From: Tubiluchus corallicola
Lineage: Eukaryota; Animalia; Priapulida
Direction: 5' to 3'
Assembly (NCBI GenBank): GCA_030141605.1
Contig: JAQGDQ010000148.1
Span: forward strand, 432,639 to 496,638
Length of the DNA: 64,000 nt
The notes beneath the pieces are model-generated. The model saw nothing but the letters and a program-made list of their open reading frames with translations. It was not told the origin of the DNA and ran no database searches. How positions within the stretch are numbered: position 1 is the first letter of the stretch; the number at the start of each line of letters is the position of its first letter. Positions 1 through 15,500 of this stretch are shown piece by piece. Made by a program: the position numbers and the translations under genes.

Positions 1-290
1 TAGCACATTTTATACTAATTCAGTGCCATAGTGAGTGAACTACTTTTTTCTTTGAATAATACTAAACATTTAAAGTAATGCACTTAGTTTAACAAAACTT
101 TCTTGGGGCTGTTACTCTTGTCATAGAATTCAGAGTATAAACATTTTCTAATTATGTGAGTATGGCCGTTTTGTACGACAAATAAATGTAAAAAGTATTT
201 GTATATAGTTTAATTAAATCTTGTGTCTCATCATTAATAATGTAATGTAACATGATTAATTATCTTGCGGTCATTGTACTTACCTGCTAG

Positions 291-515
291 GCTCCCGTGC
301 AGGTGCGATCAGCAGCGAGGCAAAGGGAGGTCGTTTCAAGTTTCTGAAAAGTTTAGGCTCTCGGACAGATTCTTCTAAAGACTCGACGTCTACATCCCTC
401 ACTGGAACTTTACTGAGGCGTAAACCGAAGGATGCTAAGCTCAGTGGTGAACAAGAGATGAGGAGCGATCTCTCATCTGATCATGGACCTGTGTTTCCGC
501 AGATCAGCGTAACTG
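291..515 (+). CDS. RyR: RyR exon (divergent region before SPRY3)
   Basis: ag|..[30 protein letters not shown]|gtacgg, phase 1-1; alternative in-frame acceptor at 303. Confidence 0.75.
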
Positions 516-3500
516 GTACGGGCCCTATTGCTAACTTGGAAATTTTTTGTGTCAATGACAAAACAATGTAATTAGTAAATACATCAGTTTTGTCAACACA
601 TTAGTTTTGTCAAAGACTGAAAAAGTTTTCTGTTTTGTGGAAGAGATTGAAAATGTGCAATTGTTTACTAAGCTGAGCAGAACTGCCTGTTTCAAGTAGT
701 TTTATCTCATTTGTATTAGGTACTGAGGGAGAAATGTTGATCCCGCCAGAAATGCCTCAGCAGAGCTCTATGCCAATTAAAAGACAGTCGATGGCAACTC
801 CTAGCTCACCTCGTCGCAATCTTTCTGGCTCACTGAGTGTGCAGAGTCAGGATTCTATTGACATTGAGTTGGAGTTTGATCCTAATGCACCTGCCGATGT
901 GGACGTGTACTTTTATGCTGTTAGGATATTTCCTGGACAGGTGGGCTGCTTTTCATTTGTAGCTCCTAGTAACACCCTCGGGAGTTGTAGCTATAGCTGC
1001 CGCTGCACAGTTTAAGAATTAAACGTTTCTTTTCTATGTAGTAGGTTTGCAATTTACTTTTGAGTAGTACATACTCCGTATTTGGAAAAATGATTGTAAA
1101 ACATCATTTGTTCAAGCTAAATATCTTTCATTGTTTCTTTCACTTTTGCTTTATTTATTAAGTGTTTTAATTTTTGTAAATATTGTTGCACCAGTTGTTG
1201 TTCTGTTGAACCATGTACTGGTCTGACAAAATGTTAAAAAGTAGAGATAATTTTAGTCTGAAAACAGCTTTATCTGCACAATCTAAGTTCAGCATTTGTT
1301 ATTTTTGATGACGAAATGCTGTAAATCTTAAGTGATCGTTTATTTTAAAATTTCACAGGATCCATTGCATGTCTTTGTTGGCTGGGTGTCGCCATCCTAT
1401 CATTTCTTTAGCAGTCAGTTTGAGAAAAACTCTACTCGCAAGGTAGTTTTTGAACCACATGAAAGTGCAATCAAAAACAGGTTAGTATTTTGTGGATACG
1501 TTTTAGAGGTTATTATTTACATATTTCTTGTTGTATGAAAGCTTGAACTAGACGAATTTTAATTAGTTAGGTAAGTGAACTTAACATATTTTAGCTAGCC
1601 TGATGCCATAGCCAAAATGCTTTATTTAATTTAAAATTTTATGGTATTGCACTTTAATAAAGTATTATGCACTTTTGCATGCTGTAATACACCAATTTAT
1701 ACTTTAACAGTAAATGTTAACAGTTTAACAGTTTATTTTTACTTAAACAAATAGTAAGTTAGAATTCAATAAACATAAAGTGTTAGTTTTAAGCAACTAA
1801 TTTGTTTTGCACCTATTTTTTACTCTCTTTACAAGTCAGGTTTTAGGCACTCATTAAAATCGAGTCATTTTTTCCTCGTAATTGACAGTACTGCTTACAG
1901 ACTTTTATAAAAGGGCTGAAACGAGCTGAGTAAAAAGAAACAGCTAAGGAAGGGAGAGAAAAAATATTCAAAGTCCTCATTTAAAAAGGAAAAAGATTGT
2001 TTATCATTTGTGTGGTGTGTTATTCTCATCTTCTTTTCATTCTTAGTAAGAATTTGTGCTAACTCTTCTGAGGCTGAAACATGGATGTTATGAGGCATGA
2101 CTGTTTTACAAATTTGCATGTGTATCTATACGATAGCTATACGAAAGAAACTTCTTATTACTTCCTTTTCTTTTTTTACATAGGCTAGCTTATGGAAAAT
2201 TCATTTAATTCCTGTTTTAATATTTTTATTTTGTCATTAAGTTTCACTTCACTATTCTTCTCACTGTAAACTATGATGTTATGTTTGCATGTTACATGCT
2301 TCACAGATTCTCTGTCTTTAATTCACAGTTTTTCAAACTACGCTGGCGGTGGGTACGTATAGTTGTGTGTTTCTATGTCATTTATTTTTTTGCTTTGCTG
2401 TCTGTTTTATTGCCCCTTACTGTATTAATTGTGTTTGCAGATCAAATCGCTACTCGAGTAACGCTTAGTAACGGCCTTTATCATTATCACGGCACTGACT
2501 GCAGCTGTTGTATGTAGTTTTGATTGGAACATGACTAAATACAACTTAATTATGGTGTTTGTTGTTCTTATTAAAACTACATCCTTTACAATATTTTTCT
2601 GCTGGAAACACTACTGTCTAGTGAGCTTACTTGTCTCTATGGACAGTGTCTTATGAGTTCCTTTTTATTTTTATATTTTATAGTCTCTTTTTGCTACATT
2701 TTTTCTAGAAAATTAAAAATAAATAATAAATTTTGTTCTGAATATTTTATTCATATTCTTCTTTCGTTTATTTATCTAATTCACTCTGTTGTTGTTTTTT
2801 ATATTTATTTCCTGCTGTCATGTCTTGTGAGTGGATTTTTCTATGCTCCTGCTATACTTTGCATTAAATGTATTGCCATTGCCATTTTTATCCATCTGTG
2901 TTGCTTTAAAATAATATAAAGACTTTTGTAACTTTTAAAAAAATTGCTATGTCCTATGCTGTTCTTGCTAAAATATTATCTATTCACGTGGCCCAAGAGA
3001 TGCTGTTAAATGTTAATTATTTCTACTAAAAACAATGTAGTAAGTTCTTAAGTCCTCGCTTAACAGCTGTAACATAACACTGAGTCTCTACTGTAAGTCC
3101 ATACTGTAAAATATTGAAGCAATTTTTTTCTAGTGTCAAATATAATATTTTTCTAACATAGGTTTCCAAATTTGGTTCTGATGTTATGAAATTTTCTGGT
3201 GTTCTGGGGTTTTATTTTTATTTTATTAGCTACCTGTGTTTTCTTGTTCTTGTGACAACATAGAATTCAAACAAAATCTCGATTGGACTAATGAACGACT
3301 AACTTCCTGAAAATACATTTATGTAAGCAGACAAATGTATCAGAACTGGTACTGAGCAGTCTTTAATGGAAAAGTGGGCAGTTTTATTATGTAGATGCAC
3401 AGGTGTCTGTCAGCAACTCATCACCTGACCTGAACCTGCAACAAAATGAAAAGCCTTAACAAGATAGATTTAATTACTAGTGGGTCTTGTAGGATATTAT

Positions 3501-6500
3501 TACAAGCTGAATAATAAACATTTTAGCGCTTTAAATAACTTAAAAAAATTGTTGTTAAACAAAATTTTTATTATTACGTGTAAAAACTTTGGGCGTCTCT
3601 AACATTCGAACCAAAGCATTGGGATTTGAACAAAAGCATCGCTAAGCGAGGACTTACTTTTCTGGTAATTTTATTTATGCACATTATGATAATTTGTTTA
3701 TTATTAGTTTATTTTACCTTTAACACAGTTTTGTATGTAATTGTTTATTTAGCGTTCTTCGTCAAAACTGTTACATGTTGAATGCCAAGGAGCTGCAGAC
3801 AGCTGCGGCATCATCTGGTTCTCGTAAGATATCCGCTCATGGACTGCTAATTGGTTGTTATATTGACACTGCGAGTGGGATGCTAACATTTTCTGTAAAT
3901 GGACACAAGACGGATATAAAATTTCAGGTAGGCCAAACTGCTTTTTCAAGCTGTAAATGCTAGACTTTTACCAAAACTAGAAGCCATTCATTTTATGTAT
4001 ATTTTCATTCAAATTTTTTCTTTTGATTTTATTCAAGTATTTTAGTTTCTGCCTTTTTCTTGCAGGTAGAGCCAGGTACTAAGTTAATGCCAGCAGTGTT
4101 TGTTGAAGCAACCAGTCGAGAGATGCTCCAGTTTGAGCTCGGAAGAGCTAAGGTAAAACTTTCTAAACAGAAATACAGTTGAGCTAGAACAATATCTTGA
4201 ATATGTCGACAAACTCATTGATTCTATTAGCTTATGGATTTTATCCATTAGCATCTAGTTATTTCTATATCTTAATGTATTTTGTTATTGCTCGCTGCAT
4301 TTTGCATAAATTTTGTAGCTTTGTATCAGTATGCCGTGATTGCCTTTTTCAAGAGAACTGCTGCAGTAAATATCATCAAGTGATTGCACTTTGCTCAGCA
4401 TTTTCGCTTTACGAAAATGAAATTAGTTGATACGTACTTTATATCTTATTTTGTTCTCTAAAAAACATTTAAATTTGATCTATGAAAATTTCGTTTCTTT
4501 TCACATATTTTTTATAGCCAAATCAATTTAATAATTTACTATAATTTGTTTAGAACACATTGCCTTTGTCTGCTGCATTGAATAAAGGTCCTATTAAGAA
4601 CCCAGTGCCACAATGCCCATCTCGTCTAGCGGTACAACACTTGAAGTCTTATACCTGGGGCAGAGTGCCGCAAATCTCTCTCAAGGTGCACACACTGAAA
4701 CTGTCTGATATTCGTGGCTGGAGTATGCTTTGCGAAGATCCAGGTGAACTTATTTAAAAATGAAAAAATACGAATTGCAAGTAACTGTTAATTGATGGCA
4801 GAAAGAACAGATTGTACTAAACAAGGATTTTAATATTTCTAGTTTTTACTGCTTGGAAGTATTCAATAATTATTAGCATGAGAACGAGCAAATCTAATTT
4901 GTACTTTTGGTGTTCCAAAGGAAATTGTTGTGAGTTCACTTCTGAAACAAGAGTGTCAGTTTTTTTAGATATGATTATAAAGTATTTTGTAAGGATTAAT
5001 GGCATTAATATCCATTAACTTTCGACAAACAGTACACAGTAACTACTAAAACGTTAATTCATACTTTATTCTTTTGCAAAAGCATCTCTGGGACTGCTTT
5101 GGTGATGTTGTTTAGTTTAGCTAAGGCAAAAGCAGAAAATTTGTCAAAGATTTTAATTTTTGAGTAGTTGAGTAGATGCAGAATAAACTACCTGCTAAAG
5201 TTTAACAATGATTTGGTTACATAAAATGTTTAAATCATCTACCTGGTGATTTAATAATTTCTAATAATTCGATTTTGATAGTTGTTTTGCCGTATTTTAT
5301 AACTACACTTCCTCATCAGTCCATTACACATGTCAATAGGGTTGTTACTTTGAAGATTATTTTTCTTTTAAGCTATGCTACTCAGCTTGTCATTTGTCTT
5401 CTATGACAGTGAATAGTGTTTTCTACACTATTTGGGAATTAAGACCTTTTGTTTAAAATAGAGAAACATAGTTTTCTTAGTGGAAGGCTTGAAGCATCTT
5501 ATGAAACTTTACAGAGTTAACAGCTAGCTTAATATAAATTATCTGACTTAAACTAAATAACAATGAAATTTGTTCCATAAATTTTAATTTTTGGCACTTA
5601 GAATTATTGTTGTGTATTTTCAGTTTCAATGGTAGCTGTACAAATACCCGAGGAAGATAGATGTATTGACATCCTTGAACTCATAGAAATGGAAGATCTT
5701 CTGGAGTAAAGAAAGATTTGTCATTTTTCTAAAATATGCTTTAACTTTAATATGTAATTTAGTTCACTGTGTGTTGATTTTAGCTTATAACTTGGATTGG
5801 TTTGATATGCTTAATTATCAATTTTTTAGTTTGAAATACTGTCTTGCTGTTTTGAACATGTTTGCTTCTTCTTTAGCTTCCATGCTTATACGCTGAAGTT
5901 GTACTGTGCCATCTGTTTCCGTGGCAACCATCGTGCAGCTCACATCTTGTGTGGGCACGTGGATGAAAGACAATTGTTCTATTGCTGTAGATCAGAATGT
6001 GAGTTTTGCTTTAGTAAAGTGTAATTACATTTTGTTAACTGGGTTTACAGTAATATGCATTACAGCATTAACTATGCTGCTACTCTTCTTTTTTCATTGT
6101 TGTTTCAACTGAAATCGGCAGGTTTGGAAAAGGTTTGCAGTTTCATGATTTCGAAAATGGTTCTGAAGGAAAATTTATATGGCAACATCACCAACTAGTG
6201 GAGCGCAGTTTTAAGTTGGTAACATTTGAATGAAATTTTGCAAAACCTAAAGTTCATTATTTCAAAATGGATTGCTATGTAATTTTACAGAATGACAGAC
6301 AAATATATTTCATATTGACTGAAGAAGCACAAATATTTGGTCTGGCTTCGAATGTAATTCCAAGGTGGCCGCAATACATATATGTATAATGTTATAGTTA
6401 TTTAAATGAAAAATAATTGAGCAATACAATAAATTACACCATGTCAAGGTATAGGGTTTCTTTTAGTCTTTTAGTGGAAGCAATGCCAGACTTAGTTAGT

Positions 6501-9500
6501 AAATGGATGTGTGACTAAAATCACTTCTAGTGATTTCATTTACAATCCCGCTTCTCTTATTAACCTTGTTGAGAGAGGATGTCTAAGAATTGCAAATGGC
6601 CAAAACACCTCTGTGGTTCAGTGTCTCATCTTAGAGGATTATACTTAATAACAAACAAGGTTCTGGTCCCACTACAGCTAGTCAACATTAGTAGCACGCC
6701 CTGCTGGGTGTTTGATACCTGCAAGTGAAGCAGCTTTTTATATCAACTTTCAATTGACTTGTTTAGGCTAATCATTGTAGAGAAAATAGTAAAGATAATA
6801 ATTGTTTATTTTCAATTAATTACTTACATCTTGATCAAATAATCATTTGCTTTTTATGAGTTTGTTTAAAACATATCAGATTGCATAGTATTTGTATAAT
6901 TCCATAAGTTTTGGATAGTGTTAGGAGTTAGTACTTTGTTGGCGAACTGCTGTAGTTCTGAAAACAGCTAGAGAAAAACGTTTAAACATTTTTGAAATGT
7001 TGTCTAGTTATTTGCCTGTTTGGAATGTTGTCTAATTATTTGCTTTAGATCTTGCTGGGCCGTTGCGAAATGGATTCCATGATTTACTCATTGCAGTGCA
7101 TCTTTCTGCTCATGTGGATGCTAGGTAAGCAACATGTTTATTATTTAGTTTATTTAAATGGCACAAGCCAAGCAATTTTTTCAATTGTTTTACACGTGAT
7201 TGTTTTCAACTGCATACTGAATTTATATGCATAATCTCTTAATATATTTAGACCGTAAAAGAAGCTAGACTTGTGCTAAACATAGAAAGTTAGAAACTCA
7301 AATTTAAATAGTTTCTAAGAGTATGTTTTAAGAAGCAAATTTTGTAGTTTTAATTTTCTTTTTTTTTTGACAGTTTGTTGACTCAAAATGAATACGTGAT
7401 GGCATTGTCAAACAAAATTCAATCCCTTCAGCTGTTTAGTGGTCACAATTCGGAGAATGGTCACTTTCTGCCTTCCATCAGTTCAAACATCTCTATTCGA
7501 CCAAGAATGAAAACATCAGCTGTAACAGAAGAAACTAAAAAGTATTTTGTTATGATTTTTAACCTCCAGATATCAGTGCAAAAGTACGATATGTTAACAG
7601 TTAATTGTAGAAAGATTAACATTTATTAACAGTATGACAAGATGAAATTTAATGGAAAGAAAGGCATGTTCTCATGTATTGCAAACCACAAAATTAATCC
7701 ATATGAATGTTTATGAGTATTGTTAGGAAGCTGACAATTTCCACGCTAGTAATAGAGTCACTACTGGCTCTTTGCTGCAGCAAGTCAGGTTCTTTAATAC
7801 TGGTAGTTGGCTGTGCCAACATATGCATTAGTGATGAGCAAATGAAAGGCGCCACTTACTTTTGTTACTTTTTATTCAGTCAGTGTTCATTTAGCAATGG
7901 TTTGGTGATCAAACATCAAAGTCAGCAATGCTAACTCAGTTAAAGCCAAATTGTCCTCTTTCTCTTGGAAACAGTTGTATTGATCAATATATATTTAACC
8001 TGCCTAATTTGCTTGTAATAGTATGTCCCAAAAATATTGCTTTGCAAATGAAGCTTTGAAGCTCATTCAAAGTTCTTGAAGCTCATGACAATTTAGCTTT
8101 TACTGTTTTCCGGTTTTATAGTATGTATTCTGAAAATATAGATAAAACCGATATGGGATCTTTAAGGTGTGTGTCCTTTCTTTTCCATATTCATTCTCAC
8201 ACTTTTTCTGTGTTTTTTTCTTGATTAAATTTAATAATTTAATTAATAGTGGTATGTGTCTTCCAACATTTTTGTTTTTTTTTTATGTGAATGATATAAT
8301 ACAGTTACATAACAAGTATTACTAGTAATTTTTATTCAGGGGTCAGATTGATTGATGGGAACCCATACAAAGTTTACCACCTTTGTGTTGGTCAAAGCAA
8401 TATTTAAACTAATGTAGAATAGATGCTATGCAATTGTAAAGTCTTTTTGAGCCAACTTGTTTGCAGATCAAGATGTCCAGTTGTTCTGACAGTTTCTTGG
8501 AACTATCGTGATTTCTCTTTTCTCATATTGAGCTTTTTCTTGCTTATAGAGGATGTAGCATTAAAGGTCTGTTCACACCGTTGTTTAGTCTGGAAGAACT
8601 AAAGGCTCATGTCATGGCAGCTTTGGCAGTAGGTACCAGAAAAGGAATAGCGCATTGTAGAGACCCAATTGGAGACTCCTATGAGAACTTGTTTGTGTGA
8701 GTTTTTACTAGTGTTCATTATGCAATTGATGGTAAAACAGGACATGTGTTTCACGGGATTGCTAAGTTTTATATTAATAATTTTGTAGTATTCTTTATTC
8801 TTTTAAGCAGAACCTTAAAATATTAGTCCTACATCATTTTGTGATACTATATAACAATGTTATGGCTATGCTTAATACAGTTTTTATCTATTTTTGTTTT
8901 GTTTATAATGATTTTTACATGCCATTCAAAAGAATTATAATTAAATTTGCTTTTTACATTTTGCATGCTGACCAATGTTTTACTATGTTGCAGGCCATTG
9001 CTGAAGCTAGCTGATTGTCTATTAATAATTGGGCTCTTGGATGATGATGATATCCAGCAGCTGCTTATACTTCTTGACCCCACGACTTTTGATTCTGAAG
9101 GTTTGTGTTGGATTATCATTAGTCAATCTGGCTAAATGTACAGACTGTCTTGATAGATGTCTGTGTAATTCTTTCTCAGTGTGAATAGTATACACAAATT
9201 TGCTAAAGCCTTGCTCGCATACACAATAGAACATATTTAAAAAACTTTTTTTGTGTATTTGTGCTATTTATTTAGGTGTAAGTTCACACAAGAAGGGACT
9301 CCTGCACGTACAACCTTTAGATGAAGGAATCAAACTACAAGTATGTCTTTCAAACCTAATACTGTATTATCTTGGCATTTTGTACAAAATGTGGGAAAGT
9401 CATAGATTATGTACTATCTATACAGTACGTTTTAAATGTTGATGTGGATATAATTATTTGCCTGGCTGATCTTCTTAGCTCTTAATTTTCCTATATTTAC

Positions 9501-12500
9501 TGTGCTGTGTTTTTGATATTACCCTATTAGCACTGCCTTATTTGAGGCATTAGGTTCTATTCTCATGCTTTTCAATTTTTTCCAGCTTTGTCAAATTTTT
9601 CATCATCTTTGTGATATTTTGCTGCGACATCGCGTGGAGGCCGTTATTGGATTCTGCAATGACTGGGTTGGAAAAGTACAGCGGGTGAGCAAGCCATTTA
9701 TTGATAAATTTATGTCTTTCATTTTCTTTGGGAGACATTTAGTTAGTACTTTTCTTATATGGAGTGAAATTTAAGATGGGCTTCCCGAAAATTTGTATGC
9801 TCGTATTAAAATGCTTACTGTTTGAAATTTGTGCAGTTGTTTTGCTTTCAGTAAGACTTCTTTTTTGTTTTAAGGATCAACTAAAACGATATATTGAGAT
9901 CAAGAAGTCAGATTTACCTCCAGCTGTCGCAGCCAAGAAAACGAGGGAATTCCGATGTCCTCCAAAAGAACAAGTAAATCATTATTTGGTTATGAGAAGT
10001 TTCACTAGTTTGTAAACTGTTCATTTTATAATGAAGGGCTGTTCCTAATTAAGAATACTTAGGCAGATTTAATATATATACCACAGCAGTACTGTATCTT
10101 TATAACTCTACATTTTCTATTGGAAGATAACATCATAATTTTCTGAAAGAAATTTAATTTGTATTTTCCTTGAGTTTTGTTTTTTAACTTGTTCTTGCAG
10201 GTCCTAAATTAACACAGCCTACATATAAAAATAATGCAGTCTTTCATTTTCCTCAGAATAAAACAATACAAAAAAATCGTAGCATTTACCAGTTTTACGA
10301 CACTTTAAATATATATCAGGTCATTTGCAAGTTTTTTTTGGTAACTGAATAGAACAGTAATTAGTTGCTTTTTCACCCGAGCACGTAATAGCAATATCTA
10401 GAAAGCTGTGATTTGTCAAAAAAAATTGCTCAAAATATGAAAATATTATATACATATGAACTTGTGCTTGATTTGATAATCGAGCTTTTATATCTTGATA
10501 ATAAAAATTTAAGTTTGTTTGCAGAAGATTTGAGCTCAGCTAATAAAAATTTAATTTCGTTAGTCAAAATGAAACACATGTTGGCCAGCTCATCAGAAGA
10601 GAAGTTAGAAAACCCTGATAAGATTAGTTTACTTTTTAGTTATCTCTCTTAGTAAAGTTCAGTAAAGTCTTAGGAACTGTTATATTCAGGAAGTTATAAT
10701 GAAGAACTAATGTATATGTCGAAACTTAATGTTTCCGATTATCAATATTTTGTTTCACTAGATGCGAGCGATGTTGACGTTCCGTGCATCTGAGGATGAA
10801 AGTGTCATCACTTCGCCCTGCAGCGAAGAGCTGCAACAGCAACTCATGGATTTCCACAACAGCATGGCTGTAACGGCTGGGGTAAACACGGAGGAGGAGG
10901 TGATTGAGGAGGAAGAGAGGAGCTGGCAGGAGAGGTTGATTAGTATGATACTGCAGAGAAAGGATGATTCCCCAGCTGTGGAACAGAAACAAAATTTGGA
11001 GCTGCCTTATAGTGGGCAACAAGGTTATTTTTTAGTGATTTTGTATGCGTGAGCTTTTCTAATAATTTAATAAATATTACAAACAACACTCAAAGCTAAA
11101 GTAAAGTAATAAATCAATGCAGTGTGTCACAAGTTAATACACCCACTGCATTGTTTACTTGACAGGCTAAAGAAGACTGCAGTAAGACGTTAATGCATTC
11201 CAGCAAAACTTGTCGTCATATTACATGTTATCAACAAAACATTGTTACCTTCCATATAAAACAATGTAAAAACATTTGATTGCATTCCCCACCCAAAAGA
11301 TCAATAATGCTTGGCTCATAAATCAAACACCATATGATGTTTATTCCTGACAATTTTAGCTAAAAGTTAAAGAGAACTACAGTTTACAGCGAGAACTCAA
11401 ATTTGAAACGTAGCTTTGGTTTTTTCATGCATCTTCCTCTTTGTTTTCTTTCTGTGCTTGTTCTTTAGAAAAGGTTTTAGTGTTGACTGCATAGGCTGTC
11501 CTTTTTTGCTAATGCTAAAATTGTTTTGTACCCTGTAAAGCATTAGCTTCACAGTCACTTATGAACTTCGCTCTGTCTAGGTTATTTTCACAAAAAAAAT
11601 TCAAGTCCAGCATCAATTCTGTACTTTTGAAAGCTTCGTGCAGATGTTTAACACTAGCCATTTCTGAATAACAGACTTTTCTGTTTAACACTCCTGAGAA
11701 ATATTTTTAGTGTTGTTTTTCGAACAACATAAATACAAATGGAATGCGTACAGCAATAATTAACTCAGCAATGTATCACATGGCAGAATTTTATCAGAGG
11801 TATTCCATCTCTAGTGGGAAAGTGCCAGCACTTAGGGAGTGGCTAACAATGGATCATCGCTTCATGTGTCTGACTGTTTTATAGGACAAATTATTACCAT
11901 TATTTCTGTTAATGGGGATTCTTCATGAAGTGCAAGTGCAGCAAAACAGTATGTTAGCGATTAAAGGAGAGAAAAATTTGTTGTTAAACTGAACTGTATG
12001 TTATTAAGGGAATAAAAATTATCAAAAAAGATCAGTGTCGTTAAAACGAAACTTCGTTAAACAAGACATTGTTAAGTGAGATCTTACTGTACTTCACTTA
12101 AAAGTTTTAATAGGCCTAAGCTTATATGCTTATTTGCTTACTTTTTGACAAATTCGCAATGTATTTTTATTTTACCAGACACATTCAATCAGTTAGTTGC
12201 ACGGACTATGTTGAAATGGGCAAGCGAAGATTTTGTTGAGGATCAGGAGTTAATTAGAGCCATGTTTAGTGTACTGCATAGACAATATGATGGCATAGGA
12301 GAGGTAACACTATTTTTCACATCCCGTTTCACTTTTTGCAGTTTGAACTACTAATAAATTTGCCAACACTGATTGTCACAGACAACTTAAAGGCTGTTTT
12401 TTTTCTAGAAATTCTAGTGCTACAGTGTGGCACAAGAACTTTAAAAATTTGATCATTTTGTGAAACAAAGGATAAGAGTGTAACTTTATCCTGTGTATTG

Positions 12501-15500
12501 TTCCTTAAAGTAATTTTGAAATTCAAAGTGAATTTCAATATAAAATTATTCTCAATTAACCTCACAGAATTTTTATGTCTTAAGCTTGTTTTGTGTCATA
12601 CCATATATGGCGATAAAATTTTGGTAAATTAAGCGTTTTATTCTTGATTTGGAGACTAGTTTCATTTACCATTAGTCGTATATACCTTAATGATATGATA
12701 GATATAATGATATCAATAATGGTTATTGATAAAATGATATAATGATATAATTAATGTTTGCCAATGAAAAAGAATTTTAACAAATTTTGTTAATGTTTGT
12801 TAATCATGCACTGTTTATTTCCTTGCACACTTGGTGAATTTAATAATATTAATGTGTTATTGGAGTATCAAACACACTACATTAAAAAACTGTTTTCTAT
12901 TATTTACACCTTTGTTAATCTGGCTATGTTAATTTGACTTTATGTTATGTTGCGTTACGTTACATATCTTTACGTTACATTACATTGTGATGTGTTACAG
13001 TTATGCAGAGCTTTGGAGAAGACTTACTGTGTGAGTGCAATCAGTGAGGAGGACTTTAAAAACTTACTGGTCAACCTAAGTCAGATACGTGCACTGCTTG
13101 AAGTACAGATGGGACAGGAAGAAGAAGTTGTGCTCAGAGACGCCCTGTGGTACATTTTGATTTGTCTCTTTTACTAATCATTTCATATTAAGTTGTTTCA
13201 TCTGAATTATCTATTTCTTGAATTTATAAAGCTTTTTTCTAGGAAACACTGTATTTATGTGTCATATATTCAAATAATCTTGAAGGTCCAGTTAAGCCAA
13301 CCTTTTAATATTTTAGAATATAGTTAAAACAATGCAGAGCATGCATCTTGTTTTAATATGCATGTCATACAAATAAATAAGCTGCTTAGGTTAAAATTTA
13401 TTTTATGTTCTTACATAAAATGAAGTATAATTTTACATTGGCATTTTGGATTTTTGTGTCTGCAGCTCACGGAATGCCAAACTGCAAAACTTCTTTATAT
13501 ATTTCTATTAGACTAAAATAGAAACATTACGTTTACCAGCTTGACCTTATCTGTGCAAAATCATGATTTGTAGTTATTAAAATTATCAATCACAACAATC
13601 TTCAGACTTAATCACAGAAATTGCACCAATATCAATACTGATAGACAGAGAATATAACCTACCATGCCGCAAACAGTTGTTTTTGCTTTTCTTGTCCTAA
13701 TGTGAATGTCCTTTTAAAGGATGATATAATGGAGAGAAGTGTTAGATGGTATTATTCCATTCGACTTTGTTTCATTTTGTTCAACTTGAATTTTGAATGA
13801 AATGGGACCTAACTGTTCTAATAAATGAACTAAAGAAAGAAATAAACCCTAACTTTGTTAAAGAAATAACCTGTCAATTTTACTACCTGCAGCCCAACAT
13901 ACATGGTTTTTAGTGTTCCCATAGAAAGAAATTTTTATTTTTTGGTCTTGCACAGCAAAATGACTTTTTTATTTATATGTATTGATAAGCCATTTCAACA
14001 TAAATTACATATTTCATGGGATTTGAAAAGATGTGTCAGTGTGTTTTTACTAATTATGGTACGTGAGGGATGCAGATTTACATGGAACTTATTATATTCT
14101 ATTTTGAAATCAGCACATAGCAAAATGATTGACATTTATTCCAGGGATTTGATGAACAACAAAATCTTCTTTCAACATCCAGACTTGATGCGAGCACTTT
14201 GCGTGCATGAGAATGTCATGAAGGTGATGATCAACACTCTGGGCAAATCTCAAGTACAGCAGTCTAGCACCGGAGAGATGGGAGAGGGTAGTGAAGAAGA
14301 GAGTGAAGCTACAGCACAGGTAAGACAGGTGAAATGTCTAGTGAATTAAGTTCATGTTGGGCTAGCTCCACATACAGATAAGCTTTAGTATGACGTAATA
14401 GTTTGAACTTTGTTTACCTCTGTGCACCACAAAATATTTGAACAGTAATACTAAGGTTTTGATTAAGGTTTTGCTTTTAATACCTGCAAGCTTTTATAAT
14501 GTTTTTATTGAAAAGTGTTCTTCCATTGAAATTTGCTAGTTTTCACTTGCCATTTAGAAGTAGTGAATATACTTGTAGGAGTGAGTAAACGCTGTAGTGA
14601 TCATTTTTCCTGCACAAACTATCAGTCCAGGTTATACTTGTACAGATTGGTGAAAGTTTCGTCTGTTAGGTCTCTGAAGATTTTAATTAATTTGGATGAT
14701 CTCTGAATATGTGCCTTGATTTTAACAGGATTGTTCAGAGATGGTTACATCCTGCTGTCGATTCCTATGCTATTTCTGCAGGTCCAGTGCCTCTAATCAG
14801 AGAGCTATGTTTGAACATTTGGGTTACCTCCTGGATAACAGTACCATGCTTGTTGGTTTGTATTCTACAATTGATAGTTGAAGGTTGTTTATTAAAAAGA
14901 ATTTTTATTTACTTGCTATTGTAGTTGGTGTAATTATTTGATTTGGATTTTGAGGAAGACCAGATATTATCAGTTTTGTCAGTTTAAAGTAATACAAGTT
15001 GCTAATAGCTTAATTTGTGTTTTTGTAGGTGGCATGACAGTGGTGTAAATATTAAGCTGATTTTATTGAATCTTATTGAATGTAAAAAATTCACTTTGTC
15101 TAGAGTACTAGGTGACTTGATTGCAGTGATTAATTGTACATTTTCATTATAATATAGCAATTTGCTTTACTGTATGCTTGGTCATGTGTATATACTTTTT
15201 TAATTATATGTTTTATTATGTGTTAATTTGTTTGTTTGTGCGCTATTTCTTTTGTTTATATTTTACTATGGTTATTTTTAGCACGTCCTTCTCTGAGAGG
15301 AGCAGCTCCGCTGGACGTTGCCTACTCCTCTCTGATGGATAACAACGAGTTGGCACTAGCACTACGTGAAGCTCACCTTGAAAAAGTATGTGAAATTACT
15401 TACATTTTATCTTTGTTTTTTCTTTTGTATTGCGTTACAAAATTGTGGTTGCTGAATATGCTTCTGTTAGCGTTACATTGTCTAAATTGCAGTTATCAAT

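Noticed and set aside
6610-6675. tRNA-like box A / box B spacing
   Set aside because: Too degenerate to call a tRNA or tRNA-SINE; no cloverleaf visible.
11469-11473. Strong pyrimidine tract followed by ag|aaaag|gt
   Set aside because: 5 nt is not frame-preserving and no compensating exon was found.
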